From the NCBI GenBank assembly GCA_049999805.1, contig JBNGIO010001806.1, positions 1 through 47,953 of the forward strand: 47,953 bases of DNA. Direction: 5' to 3'. The notes below the pieces were generated by a model that was not told where the DNA came from, ran no database searches, and saw only the letters and a list, made by a program, of their open reading frames with translations. Source of the DNA: Folioceros fuciformis (lineage: Eukaryota). The position numbers were made by a program, and so were the translations under genes. Below, one piece after another: positions 1 through 13,128 of this stretch (positions within the stretch are counted from its first letter, which is position 1; the number at the start of each line of letters is the position of its first letter).

Positions 1-614
1 CAATTTCTTCGAGATGCATCTGAACTCCGATCTGTGGATAGCCGTCGCTCCTTCTCGCTGACCAAAAGTGGTGTGTGTTGGATCAGATTGGTGCAGGACG
101 GGAGATGGTTGAACAGCGTCTGATGCCGGCAAGCAATCAAGGTTGGGAACCGGTGATCGGTGGTAAGTTGGAGTCGGGCCTCCTCCACAGACACATCCAC
201 GGCGAGAGCCGCTAGCTGTCGTCTTTGCGATGGGAAAGCGGTCGGGATGTTGGGGCCGATATCCGGATTGTGCACGGCTGTATGAAGTGAGTACCGCGTC
301 TAGTAACGGAGGAACTCCACATCTCAGCGCGCGTTTGTCTTGGTAGCCATACCGTAGGGACTCCCCTTGATGAGTTCTCCTATGGTAGGCTCCCCGTCGC
401 GGCATCGCTCATGTACAGGATCCAGAGCAAAGCTCTGATACCATGTAACTAAGTTGGCTTGAGCGGAAGCTAGTTGGAAAACTACTTTATTAATAAAAGT
501 AAAGTCAATACAATACAATACATTGCTTAAATACCAAAAGTCGGTGACGGTTCACTAATGCCTATTTATCAAAAAGATTAAATAAGGTAGTTAATGTTTA
601 TACTTATTTTAACA
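1..614 (-). mobile_element. 5' end of an LTR retrotransposon (short LTR at 444-614, PBS, internal leader running off the window edge)
   Basis: The minus strand reads TGTTAAAA...AATAAA...GTTACA (about 171 bp, TG..CA ends, AT-rich), immediately followed by TGGTATCAGAGC. Confidence 0.8.
432..443 (-). other. Primer-binding site complementary to the tRNA-iMet 3' end
   Basis: Plus-strand gctctgatacca equals TGGTATCAGAGC on the minus strand, directly after the LTR-terminal CA. Confidence 0.85.
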
Positions 615-1620
615 TCCTTCACTTCTTGGCCACGTCGAATCCACCACTAGGGTTGTTGGCTCCGCTTTGGCCAAGTCGGCACACTTTTTAGCCATTGTGG
701 GGGTGTGAGCCACCACCCCACCCGAACACACCACCGTGGTGGAATACACTCCCTTCCCCTTTATATAGGCTTCTGGTTATTCTTACCCACCAAGAGCCAA
801 GGAGCTTCTTGCCTAGTCCATCCTCGTAGGTCATGAGCTGCGAACGAGTTGTTGTAACAAAACAATTCCTCCACTGTCCAAGGAACTTCAAGCCCGGCCT
901 CCCATGATTGTCAAGACCCGAGGATCTGTTATTGGTTAACCCAAAGCCATGCCAGAGAGCGAACTGCCATGAGCCAAGGAGACTCTTGGGTATAAAACAA
1001 ACCTCCCACGCCGTATTCAATCACTCTTTCGTTCAAAACAGAAAAAAAAAACTACTAAGTCCTATTGTTTGATTATTTCGAGAGGAGTCCTGATACCTAC
1101 ACTTGTCTACATACTCCTCGCTCCTCGGGGCTCCCCGCTCCTTGCCACTCAGGGCTCCCCGCCTCTCCCCGCTCGCGCTCTTCTCTGATCTGGTTTGTGC
1201 TCCTGCTCCTTCCCATCGATGCGAACTACAAGTTTTCACTAGTCGCTAAATGCTTATCTAAATTGTCTTTGGAATAGATGGGACTTTCCATGTCTTTTTC
1301 AATAATGAAAAACACACATCTTTGGATAGTGTTGACATAGACATTGCAAACGAAGCGTCTCTCAAAAGAGACCTTTTTTTCTCTTTGTCACAAAAGGAAA
1401 ATATGTTTGTATTGGTAATATGGTCATCACAAATCCTACTCAATATTTCCACTGCAAGAACCTCATCATCAACCCCCAAAGGCTGCAAAGGGATATGTAA
1501 TAGGCAAAGTACACAAATTCTCTCCCTCAATTGAATCATTGTTCTTGCCCTTGACCCCATAGGTCTCAAGAGAAAGGGAAATAAACAGATGATCAAGCTT
1601 ATCATAATCATAGGATTGAG

Positions 1621-3950
1621 GATGCAGGCACAATGGTCTCTGTCAACGGTTCCTTTACCGACAGGTTTGACATTACGTGTTCGGTAGGGTAAGGATGTCC
1701 ACTGGCCTTGTTCATGTTCATCATTGTCACTTACTTTCTCTTGCGAGCAGTCAAGCAGGACTCAAGGATAGAAGGCATTCAGAATCCCGATGGCTTGCAG
1801 CTGCATATCTCAGCATTTGTTGATGACACCTTGCTTTTCTCATAGGCAGATACGACGTCCTTAACAGCTCTGCTCTCCTAGGTACAGATTTTTGGGCAAC
1901 TATCAGGATGCAATGTAAATTGGAGTAAGGCTAGGATGATGTGCATTAACATGCAGGGGGAGCCTCCCGCATGCATTAGGCACATAGTACGGGTCTAGCC
2001 CGGCTCGTCACACAAGTACCTAGGCCTGCCATTCCAAGAAGAGGATGAGAATGCGGAGATTGGTAAATATGTTTGCCTCCGGTTCATCCGGAAGGCAGCC
2101 AGCTTACGTCTTTTGGATCTTAGTTTGGCAGGCAAAATTGTGGTCATAAACCATATTTTGACCGCTTCCCTGTGGTACTATTTGTTCTTGTGGGCTCCTA
2201 GCAAGGTGGACCTGAGGAGATTGCAACAAATTATTTCTAGCTTCTTATGGAGTAAGTCTAAGGATTGCTTTCTTCTTCCCATAAGGTGGCGTGGCAACAT
2301 ATTATTCAGAGCAAGCGCTTGGGTGGGCTGGGGTTGGTGGACTCCACAAGCAAAATGAAGGTCTTACATGCGCAATGGGTTCTGAAGGTAGCGGGCCCAA
2401 TGGGATACCCGTGGAAAAGTTGGTTAACCCAACACCTTCAGCAAACTCAAACGGTTGCCCGGGGTTGAAGGTCTATGGACAACCTATTGGCGGATAGACC
2501 CCTGTTGGACACCAGGGACTGTTCTCCTCTCTTTGCCTCAATCTGGCACAGCTTCTTGGAGGTTAAAACCTTCCTTCTCCTTGCCAAGCCTAGGAATAGG
2601 GATGATGTGCTAGGCCTTCCTCTCCAAGGCTTTAAAGGGGCTGTGGTCACAGGACTTCCTCTCTCGGGTGTGCTGGTCCTAGATCTTTGGTTCCGCTAGT
2701 AGAAGAGGCATTGTGCAACTTGCACACATGTGGAACCGAATAGAGGATGGCTGGAAAACAATGGAGGAGGTGTGAGAAGAGTTTGGGGTTTCTATTTGAT
2801 GTGTGAGACTAATGCTTTCTTGGCTACAGGAAGGGATAGCAGAGGAGGTGAAGGAAGCGCTACTACAGGAGGCCCAGGTGGGCATCAATATGTGGGGAGC
2901 TTACCCCATGGAAGATAGGTCATGTGACTTTGACCAAGAGATGGATGTGCCCCTCTCAGACTTTGATAGAGTGATGCTCGTGTCATCACTTACAGATGAT
3001 AAAGGGAATCTCTCTTATAGGACGCCGAACACTGAGGGGCTTCTGGAGGAGAGAGGTAGAGAAGAAGATGCGATTGGTGGAGTGGCTCTGAGAGGGATTT
3101 CTACGCTCTACAGGGCTAGGCAGGCGGGTCACTAGCTTACCCAGGAAGAACAAGGCAATAGGAAACAGACCCTGCAACAAAGTCCAGTAAGATGTTGGTT
3201 TCGCTTGAAGGAGAATTGGGAGTTAGTAATGCATCCCGACCTCTATACGTGGCTAGGGAGCTCAGGAAGTAAGCAGGCAATCGCGAAATCACTCTTAAAT
3301 TTTTGTCGGCAGTCATTTACCTCTAGCTGGTGCGTGCACAAAAATCTCTTCGGCGAAGTCGACTGGCTCCTAGCTTGAGGCTTTCCCTACGTCGGCAAAG
3401 GGCAACGATCAAACTCTTGTGGTCGACCTTAGGGATTCCCTCCAAGGTGAGGGTAACCATCTGGTGTTTCTTTCAAGCTTGCTTGCCTAAAGCAGACTGC
3501 TAAGACGGGTTGTTGGTGGCCAAGGGGGAGGAATGTTGCAGGCTATGCAGTGTTGGCACCCCTCATAAAAGCCAACATATTTTCTTTCAGTGTGACTATG
3601 CGCAATGTATCTGGAACGAAGTTGGCTAGTGGTTACAGAGACTTCTTCCTGAGAGAACCATCTTGGTTACCGAGCAAAATGCCTTATTCGGGCTTGATGG
3701 GCAGTTGGGAGGGCCAATACTTCAGTACCAATGGTGGGGAGTGGTATGGTCCTTGTCCTTTTTCTCCTTGTGACAAAACTGGACAGCAATGGTCTATGGC
3801 GAGAGCGATTCGGTTTCTGGGAAAGCTCTGCTATGGCGCATCTGGGAACATGTCCTTGTGCTCGCGGAAAGCATTCGAACTTCCACTCACACTAAGTTCA
3901 AACGGAAAGAGTGGAAATTAGCAGGTTTTCTCCGGCACAATGGCTAGTGG
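1621..3950 (+). mobile_element. 5'-truncated, decayed L1-like LINE ORF2 (reverse transcriptase and zf-RVT-like remnants)
   Basis: Frame from 1621 gives VSVNGSFTDRFDITCSVG*GCPLA (QGCPLS motif), ISAFVDDTLLF (YADD motif), SGCNVNWSK and YLGLPF. Later come LSLAGKIVVINHIL, KVAWQHIIQSKRLGGLGL and PSKVRVTIW. Many stops and frameshifts. Confidence 0.9.
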
Positions 3951-4150
3951 GACCACTCCTGCCCGTAGGGTAGGTAAGTCCCATAAGGGCAGGGTATCTC
4001 CTGCCCACAGGATAGATCAGATTTACTTGTTTTTGCAGCTTAAAATTAGCTTGTATGCTAACTCCTCATTCAGTTGCATACGTAATTGTTGTACCCTTAC
4101 TGCAGCCTAAGCTGCGAATAATCATAGGATTGAGACATTTCCTCTAAGGT

Positions 4151-4272
4151 GGCAATGTTTTGGGATGTGTCTCTCTTCAAAGAGAGCTTTGGCAATCTTT
4201 TGGGATGTGTCTCTCTTGAAAGAGAGCTTTGGCAATCTTTTGGGATTTGTCTCCATCGCTCTTCAAAGAGCG
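4151..4272. repeat. 40-bp tandem repeat, about 3 copies, with an internal hairpin (ctctctt-ca-aagagag)
   Basis: Unit ggcaatcttttgggatgtgtctctcttcaaagagagcttt at 4151 and 4191, degenerate copy at 4231. Confidence 0.85.
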
Positions 4273-5414
4273 CTGACTGACGTGGTTCATAAGATAGCAA
4301 TGAGTGTGAGTTAGGCAACTTCATTGGCATCCATTAGGAATCCAACTTTCACCTTGTCAAAGACATGTTATGAGTTGTTGTGGAGAATTAGGTCTTTAAC
4401 TAGCGGAAAGTTAGATCGATTATAGTCGAGCATGTGGATGTTGTAGTTGATAAAATGTTCCTTAAAGGTCTCCAACACAAAACAAAGCGATATCAGGTCA
4501 ACACTGTTGATGCTGAACAATCTTGAACTTGAAGTCAAAATCCTTATGAAGGTGGGTGATTTCAAGAGCAATGTTTGATCAAGTGGAATGAACAAAAAAG
4601 AGATACGAGATACGCAGAGGGACAAGGCATAGTGGAGGCACAAAAAGAGAGTTAGGCCTTCGTTTGTGATGCCAATTGTACCCTGCAGTTGTAGACGAAT
4701 ATGACGGGGCATGATTCTGGCTGGTCTATGGTGGACCACAGTGTGAGCGGATCGTGAAACTCTTTTGTGGGCTTGAAGCGGGCTCCAACAGCTGCTGTAA
4801 GTGTCCGGTAAAGTGCTCGCAAGCCTTGGCATCCAATTTCAGGAACCTTGCCAGATGTGGGATGGGATCTGATTCCCTTTCTTGAAAGCTTCGATGTAGC
4901 TACATGCTCGTTTGTTCGCAAGAAAATTATGTTCGTGCCTTAAAGTTCCATCCCGAGTTTCAGTGCCCTCTTGACCAAGGGAGATGCAAGACGTAACGTG
5001 CTTCAGACGAGCACAATTTGGCTCTGCGGGTTGTCAAAGAGCCTTCGACCACGCATTCTAGCCAGAGTGTTGGCCAGACAGATGAGAGGCTGCAGCCCTT
5101 TTCCACGGTACATATAGCATGCCTGCCCTCCCCAAGTTGCGTCACGGTTTAAGGGCCATCGCACGTGTATTGATACATATGTCGAAGAATGTTACACGAA
5201 AGGCACTCATCTGCAAGTCATCGTCAGTCTCACTCCTTCTGATCTATCAGGGTTTTACGCTTCTTGTATCCGAGGGGGAGATCGTGCCTTAGCCTCCGGT
5301 GGACGGCCCGTTTTTTCTAAATCCTGCACGGCCTCTAGTCCTCCTCGTGTTTACGACGCAAAGGCACCACCAGCACAGCGTGGTCTAGCAGATCTGTTGC
5401 CAAGTGGCCATCAA

Positions 5415-5423
5415 TTAGGGTTT
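5415..5423 (-). promoter_or_regulatory. Telo-box (AAACCCTAA) upstream of NFU
   Basis: ttagggttt lies about 80 bp upstream of the NFU ATG. Confidence 0.4.
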
Positions 5424-5502
5424 AGGCCTCTTTTCCCTTACCTGGAACGAAGGCAGAGAGCTCTTTCGGCAGAGAGCTGGACTGCGTAAGCGATTTCTCT
5501 CG

Positions 5503-6345
5503 ATGGCGGCTTCGTGGAGGTGCGTGCGGCAGTTGCTGGGAAGAATTGCATCTCGGCCAGCAGCTGCACAATCTCCGGGGAATGGAAGAGCTGTCACAAG
5601 CTTAGCAGGAGCAATACATCACCAGAGGGTTCTGAAATCTGGCTCCACGGCATCAGACACGTGTTCCTTGTGGTCAGAGTCCAGGGGTTCTTCTGCCCGA
5701 TGGCGTCCTCATGCCGCGCATTGCAGGGGTATGTTCATTCAAACGGAGACAACTCCCAACCCGTTGTCCTTGATGTTTCATCCAGGAAAGCCAGTGATGG
5801 AAGTCGGGAGTGCGGATTTCCCAAATGCTCGTGTGGCTGTGACATCGCCGCTTGCCAAGGCTTTGTTCAGAATAGATGGAGTGATGCGAGTGTTCTTCGG
5901 CTCGAATTTTGTGACTGTGACCAAGGCTGAGGAACAGCCGTGGGAGATTCTAAAGCCAGAGATCTTTGCAGCAATCATGGATTTCTACTCAACGGGCGAG
6001 CCCTTGTTTACAGATGCGCAGACTCTGGCTGCTTCGGACACTGCCATACATGAAGATGACGATGAGACCGTGGCCATGATCAAGGAGTTGCTGGAGACCA
6101 GGATCCGCCCTGCTGTGCAGGATGATGGCGGGGACATCGAGTACCGGGGCTTTGATCCTGAATCAGGGATAGTAACCTTAAAGATGCAAGGCGCTTGTAG
6201 CGGATGTCCCAGCTCCGCCGTAACCCTGAAGTCCGGCATTGAGAATATGCTGATGCATTATGTGACAGAGGTGAAAGGCGTGAAGGAAGCAGTTGACTCT
6301 GACGATGAAGACGAGGGAGGCGCTGTGGAAGGGCAATCCAGATGA
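5503..6345 (+). CDS. NFU4: Mitochondrial NifU-like Fe-S cluster carrier (NFU4/NFU5-like), single coding exon
   Basis: Arg/Ser-rich presequence, [11 protein letters not shown] Nfu_N domain, [12 protein letters not shown] and the [11 protein letters not shown] CxxC motif. Confidence 0.95.
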   Translation: MAASWRCVRQLLGRIASRPAAAQSPGNGRAVTSLAGAIHHQRVLKSGSTASDTCSLWSESRGSSARWRPHAAHCRGMFIQTETTPNPLSLMFHPGKPVMEVGSADFPNARVAVTSPLAKALFRIDGVMRVFFGSNFVTVTKAEEQPWEILKPEIFAAIMDFYSTGEPLFTDAQTLAASDTAIHEDDDETVAMIKELLETRIRPAVQDDGGDIEYRGFDPESGIVTLKMQGACSGCPSSAVTLKSGIENMLMHYVTEVKGVKEAVDSDDEDEGGAVEGQSR

Positions 6346-8141
6346 ATGGCAATGCCCTCGTACGAGTTCTCGTTCACCTTTCGACTTCACTTTTGCTACA
6401 GGTAGTCGTATCATCTGGTGCTGGTCAGATATCAACTTGGTTTAGCTTTCACAAGTATAGGGGTGCTACGTGTGGTGAGCCTATGCTTTGTCGGTCGTCA
6501 ATCTTGTAACGCTCTAATTATCATTCGCTTGGATCGAGGAGCTGTAGGTAGTGACTCCGGTATGGACCACTTGGACGGTTCATTAGGTTGCATACGTGTC
6601 CACGGAGCAGAGGGAAACTCGCCGGCTATTTCACAACAACTCTCTGCTTTCATAGCCTCGCGTCCGAGCTTTCACGGTCGGTTCCTGCTAGAATGATTCC
6701 GGTCCAGTACATGTACAAAAGGGCAGGTGGCCAGGACACGTCATTCTGGTTGTCAGACACGGACGTGGAGAGTGCTTCTGTGTGGCCTCGCAGGGAGAGA
6801 GTTCATAGGCAGCAGACAATCCAGTACGGACTCTGGAAGACACCGAATTGCGGCAGAAAATTACAAAGTAATACTGTATGTACATGCAGTCCATGCTTCC
6901 AAGGATGTAGGTGTTTCTTGGTGCAGGCCTCACTCATGTCGCCTTCTAATTACATATTCACATGCGGAGGACGTTTGGCCAGTACGGTCGCACCATCGTG
7001 GGCCTGGGCAGCAGGACAAATCGGAGAGCCCTAAAAGATCTGCCATGTCAGGAATATGGTTTGTGGATGTGGTTTTCTCGCAGCAACGGAATTATCTGTG
7101 AAGAACAGGAACCCGGCATCACAGCCGGTGCACACTTCAAACTTGTGGATACCTACCGGTTCGAACAGGTTGTGGACCTTGTGGTGCAGCGAGTGCCGTC
7201 CTTGCTGCGCACTTGAGGACGGCTTTGTCGGTCTCGTCATGGTGTGAGGATGAATCTGGGAAGGCGCCTGGACCAACCACCTGGCAATCGTTGTCGCTCG
7301 ACAATGTTGTTAGGAAGCGGCTTTCAAGTTACCCAGCCTGTAACTAGTCTGTTCAATTCACTGGTGGGGCATGGCTGGAGGACACTCCGTTCTGCACGAA
7401 GGTGGTGCTGACTCGTTTGGGTGATAGCTGAGACGCTAATATCTAGAGTCCTGGAGAAGCCATTGTAGTGACCTAAAAACGGGCAGTCTCGCTTCCGAGA
7501 TGAAAGAAGCGAATGGTTGCCCCACTCCACACAATCGAATCCGTGCAACGCTTTGTGAGGTCTGGTTATCAGGATGGCGTTGGACTAGCTACTACCTCCG
7601 TGATCAGTAAACCTTGCAGTCATGGACATTTTCCAGTCATCCATACTTCGTCGACCCTACATTGAGGAGTTGGCAAGCCAATCCAGTGAGTCAGCCGCAA
7701 CTGGTGAGGTAGGATCTGATTCCGGCGACGACCAAGAGGAGTACTTGGGCCTCCTTCACTTTACTTGCCGTAGCAGGGCCACTCTCATATGTGGCGCCAA
7801 GTCGGAATGAGGCCTCCCTTGGCTTCCGCCTCGGCTTCGTACGCACGTATCGGTCTGCACATCAACCACCTGTGCCGAGGCTCCTACGTAGCCCCCTTCC
7901 TCACCTGCTGAAAGCAAGGCGTACAAAACGCCATGCCATAGCCTGGTTTCAGTGGACAGTCCGAGCATTCGGCACGGGCTCGGCGTGACTCGTTCCCGGC
8001 AGAGCCTTCCTTCAAGACCGTCTGGACTTGCGTTTTGAGTAGCTGACGATTTCCTGTAGGGGGGATAGCCTTGTTGAGCGATTTGGTCCGCGATTTGGTC
8101 CGCGATTTGGGCGATTGTGAGTGAGTGTGGGAGGAGTCGCC

Positions 8142-10397
8142 ATGGGCGAGACGTCCAGCACGGACGTAGAGAGTGGGCGAGTGGGAGGAAAGCACCAGTC
8201 CCTGGGCTCCCGCCGGCGGAATTCTTATGGAGAGCTGTCGAGCCCCCTCCTGGGCAAGGGGGGTGAATCTGTGAGCAAACTGTCCTGGAGGAACTGTCTG
8301 TGCAACCAGAAAAACCTGGCGGTGATTGCAGGGCCGACACTGGCCATTTGCAGCATCTCCCTGTCGCGAATCCTCAATGTGCATCTGCCCCCGGAGTTGG
8401 CTGCCCAGAACATTAAGATCTGGTCGATGCTTGGAGCCGCAATCTGGATCTGCTTCTGGTGGCTGACGGGGGCGGTTCCCGTGGCCATCACTGCGCTCAT
8501 CCCGCTCTTCCTGTTCCCCCTCTTAGACATTCGGGATTGCGACACCGTGGCCAAAGTGTACATGAACGACACCATCGCGCTCTTCCTCGGTTCCTTCATC
8601 ATGGCCTTGGCTGTGGAGCACCACAACGTGCACAAGCGCCTGGCGCTCAAAATTCTGCTTCTCTTCGGGGGCAAGAACATGGACCCTCACTTTCTCCTCC
8701 TTGGCTTCTGCGTCGGCCCCGCGTTTGTGAGCATGTGGATTTCCAACACCGCAGCTGCCGTCATGATGGTTCCCATGGCCCTGGGCGTGGCGCGCAAGGT
8801 GAAGCAAGGCGCATCGCACAACAACCACACGTCCACTGAGACCGATTTCAAAGAGGGTGAGCAGCAGCAGCAACAGCAAAACCAGGAGTCCGACTTCATT
8901 GTGCCTGGCGAGACGCCTGAGCCTCTCCTGCTCTACTGCCGGGGGCTGATGCTTGCCATCGCCTACGCTGTGGCCATCGGAGGCCTGTCCACGCTCACGG
9001 GAACCGGGCCCAATTTGATTCTTGGGGGAATGTGGAAGAGCATGTTTCCCGAGGCTGCGCCGATCACCTATTTGCAGTGGTTTCTGTTTGCATTCCCTCT
9101 AGGCCTCATCTACCTCCTCATCCTGTGGCTTCTGCTGATCTGGTGGTACTGCCCCGAGCCCACGGCCACTCTTGTCTCGGCTTCCTTACATCGGTCTGTC
9201 ATCGAACAAGAGTACAATAATCTCGGTAAGTAACTCCTGTCCTCCATCTGGTCTCCAATCGCATCAGGCACCCATTGATTGCGCTAATCGAAACGATCTC
9301 GCGTGCAGGCCCGATCTCCTTCGCAGAAAAGACTGTTCTCTCTTCGTTCACGGTAAACTGCCCCATCTTTCTCTCTAAGCTGTGAAATCTTGTCTCTGTT
9401 ATTGCGAGCTCAGGGAAGGAAATGTGACTTAGCTGACACTGGGTTGCACAGGTTCTCGCTCTTCTGTGGATAACGAGGTCTGTTGGTGATTATGGATGGG
9501 GAAACTACTTCAACGGCCTCGCTGGCGATGGCACTGTCAGTGTAAGCAATTCAAGGCCCTCTTCTTTCGTCCATGAAAGAAAGAAGTCCACCACCACCTC
9601 TGGAACCTCAATCTCAAGTGAACGTTCCATCTTGCAGATTATGGTGGCAATTGTGCTGTTCATGATACCTGACTGCAAATCCCAAGGGGATAAGCTCATG
9701 AACTGGAAATTGTGCAAGAACTTGCCATGGGACATCGTTCTCCTCCTCGGCGGAGGTACCATAGAACTCTGGCGCGCAAGGCGCTCTGCAAACATGTATA
9801 CGTAATTTCCCACTCACCCGTTCTCGTTTCCCGCAGGTTTTGCTTTGGCAGATGGAATTCAGGCCAGCGGTCTGGCAGACTGGGTGACAGCGCGTCTCCA
9901 ATTTCTGGACTCGCTGCCATATCTGGTGATCGCACCCGTGGTGGCGGTGCTAGTCACCTTCCTCACCCAGTTCACATCCAACAACTCCGCCGCCACCATC
10001 TTCCTTCCCCTTCTGGCTCAGGTGGCCATATCTATGCATGCCAACCCACTGCTCTTCATGATTCCAGCTACCTTGGGAGCCTCCTTCGCCTTCACGCTAC
10101 CCATTTCAACGCCACCCAACGCCATAGCGTTCTCCACTGGATTGGTGCCGATGAAGGACATGGCTCGGTTCGGACTGGTTTTGATCCCCGTCGGGCTCCT
10201 CCTCATCGCCGTCGGCATTCCCACTTTAGGTCAGTAATTCTGTTTCGGTCGTGTCGCAATAGAGACCCTTTCCACTGTTCTTACGCTGACTGTTGAGCTG
10301 GATTGCAGGGAGCAAAGTTTTCGGGCTCTCGTCATCACCTTTCATTTCAGTTCCACAATGGAGCACAGCATTCTCCGTGCACCAGTTTATGGATTGA
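8142..10397 (+). CDS. TDT: Tonoplast dicarboxylate transporter (SLC13/DASS family), 6 predicted exons
   Basis: Predicted exons 8142-9225, 9309-9352, 9452-9541, 9638-9755, 9837-10229 and 10309-10397 have GT-AG ends and consistent phases. Motifs [24 protein letters not shown] and [10 protein letters not shown]. Confidence 0.93.
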
Positions 10398-10800
10398 GGA
10401 CCTCTTGAGCTAGAGCTGCTGCAGCTCGTCTTGCCTTAGTAAGTGTGTATTGCGTGAAGAGTGTGCACACCATTGTACCAGTATCCCATATACCACAACG
10501 TGATCGACAAGAAGCGAGCGTTCTGGTTGGGTGTAACATTATGTCTTGTTAGGTCTCTAGGTTTGGCTCAGATGAAGTCCTTGATGAGCTAAATTCAAAC
10601 GCAAGGAAATTGAGCAGGCAGAGTTTTTTGCCCGACTACAAAATTGTAACCAGATTGGAAGACAAAACTGCAAGTTCAAAGGTAGAAGAGTGAACTATAT
10701 GTGTTCAGAATCAACAATTTAACTGCGCGCTGCGAATACTTGAGGACCTCGAAGAAGAACATGGGTGCATCGTTTGAACATGGGTGCAGTGAACATGGGA

Positions 10801-11590
10801 TCAGGTTTTTCCCACAACATGGGCAACGCCCGTTGAGCCAAATCCTCCACTGCCTCTTACTGTTTCGCTCAGTTCTTCCACTTCGACAACCTCAGGTGTG
10901 ATGATCCGCTCAAGGATAAGTTGGGCAATCCTGTCTCCCGCCTTCACGACAAAGTCTACATCGGAGAAGTTGAAAAGAATCACCCCGAGTGGCCCACGAT
11001 AATCAGAATCCACCACCCCTGCACCAACATCGATAGAGTGCTTCCACGCCAGGCCGGATCGGGGAGCTGCAACAGACATCCGGAATCAAGCATGTAAGTG
11101 AGTGGTCTTATCAATTTAGCGGCCCACAATATTCTAGAGAGAACGTACACCAAAAAGGAAGTACCTATTCGGCCATACGTGTCCTGTGGCACAGCTATGG
11201 ACAAGTCGGTTTTGATGAGGGCCTTCCCTCTCGCAGGGACCACATCATCATATGCACTGCACGGAGAACCAGACGACGTCTAGACAGACAGGCCTCGCTT
11301 GTTTGGCAGCAATACGTACAACATCTCAAGACCAGAGCAGGCAACAGAGGTGCAACCATTGTGAAACATACTTTTGATTCAGTAACCGAGCTGAGAAGAG
11401 CTGAAAACCTGGAAATATCGTAACCAGCCGCGAAGAGAGAACCCCTGGATGGCAGAACAGCGTGCTCCGACAGCCGCTTCACCTGCAGTGCTGCTGGGGC
11501 AGCCACCGAAAGCTTATCATGCACCCCGATTTCCTGTTCCTGAGCGATCTTAAGAAACTTCGATGGCGGCTCGACCACAATGTCAGCCAT
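10801..11590 (-). CDS. DUT: dUTP pyrophosphatase, 3 predicted exons (an extra upstream exon is possible)
   Basis: Exons 11590-11409, 11256-11165 and 11066-10801. Motifs [38 protein letters not shown] and [10 protein letters not shown]. Confidence 0.95.
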
Positions 11591-11786
11591 GGGCGTCCCG
11601 GGCCTGTGCACTGACAAACTCCACCCGCTGACTGACTGCAACCTGGTTGCCCGACCGCAGAGAGCCTATTGCCACAGCAGTGTCTAAATAGCTGACCGGG
11701 AAAGCCTTCAGACAACAAAGAAAGGCTGCCTTCTTGCTTCGCTAAGAGCAACCGTCCAGCATTCAGGGCACGGCTGCATTGACATA

Positions 11787-11800
11787 TTTGGCGCGGGAAT
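11787..11800. promoter_or_regulatory. Overlapping double E2F site upstream of dUTPase
   Basis: TTTGGCGC on plus overlaps ATTCCCGC on minus within tttggcgcgggaat, about 200 bp upstream of the DUT ATG. Confidence 0.65.
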
Positions 11801-13128
11801 TTGGAGGGAAGAGCATTCAAGTTGCGGAATATCCACTAACGTACTTATCAAACTGAAAGACATCATGCCGTGCACACAAATCTGAACCATGGATCGTTCT
11901 TTACTGTTCTCTCACCATTCTGAGCAGGGAGGAATGAATCCGTAGATTTTCAGCTTGTACACGCCTACGATTGACAAGGATGCGCAGTCGCGTGTCCGTC
12001 TGGCTTCCACTGTAGGGCTCACCCGTACACATGGGCCTGACTTCTCTATACGAACAGTAAGACCTGTTTGGCAGCTCAGCTGGTGGCTGGCAGCGTAAAC
12101 AGTACACTTGTGAGTGTTTGTGGATGACGTTTTGCTGCTGGGATCTGTCCTCTGGGCTTTCTGTGACGCTGACCATCTCCAGTCCCACCCCCCTCCAATG
12201 CTGGCTACCTGGCACCTAGGTCTTCAGCTCTTGATATGCCCCCGGTGCTTGGGGCTTGTTTGCTTGGTGTAGTTTAGACGTTCGGTGTTGCGATTTAATT
12301 GCCCGTGACTCGAAATGAGCAAATCAACGGTGTGTCGGATCGCCCAAGTTCTCCAGAGAATTGCTGTAAGGTTGCTGTCAAGAGTGCCGTCGTTGAGCTT
12401 TCTGATGCACTCCTGCGATTGGTTTTTGTTCGAAGAATGGCTTCTACGCTGGCTCAGATGCCCCAAGAGCTCACACCATTCTACGTTTTTGTTCCAGGGA
12501 CCGAGAGTACCCCTGTACGAAGCCTTGGCCGAGGAGCATAACAGTGCTGCCACTGGGGGTGGAGGGTTTGCAGTCTCATGTGACCCAGGTATTCTTCTGG
12601 TGGCCTACCTAACGTCCCCGGTGCTGTGCTTGTCGGTTGTGAAATGACAGATTGGAATGGGGTGCAGATGTCTCAGCTCGCACAGGCTGCAGCGGGCTTT
12701 GGCCTGGAAAGGATCGTTGTCCAAAATCAGATTTTAGACAACGCATTGCCTCTTCTCCAACGGCCGTGCACTTAAAAGGTACGAACTCCTTGCCAAGTCA
12801 TGTGAATGTGGTGGTTGATAAGTGTGCTCCGAGTCTCCGGCTGCTTCAGGTCATTATCTGCAGCATGAACCAGGCAACTACCCTCGAACAAGGGGAGTGA
12901 GAGGTCGCCTCTGAATTGTTGTATAGGGTTATCAGAGGACTTCTGGCAAGGCTACATCCGCCATAGTGCTCCAAATGTTGGAGAAGTGGCAATTGGGTAG
13001 GATTGCATCCATCTTTTGTGCTTGCGTTCTGCTCAGTTCGTGGTTCCAGGGCAGTTGTCCGACAAACATTTGATGTGGCTGTATTTCTTGCAACCATCTT
13101 GACGAACCTCTGGTTTGATTTCTTTCAG

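Noticed and set aside
1258-1611. Minus-strand 117-aa ORF next to the LINE
   Set aside because: Possibly transposon-derived, but there is no diagnostic motif.
6400-7810. Cluster of overlapping 60-150 aa ORFs between NFU and TDT
   Set aside because: No recognisable domain or consistent exon chain; it may be a decayed gene but I cannot support a call.
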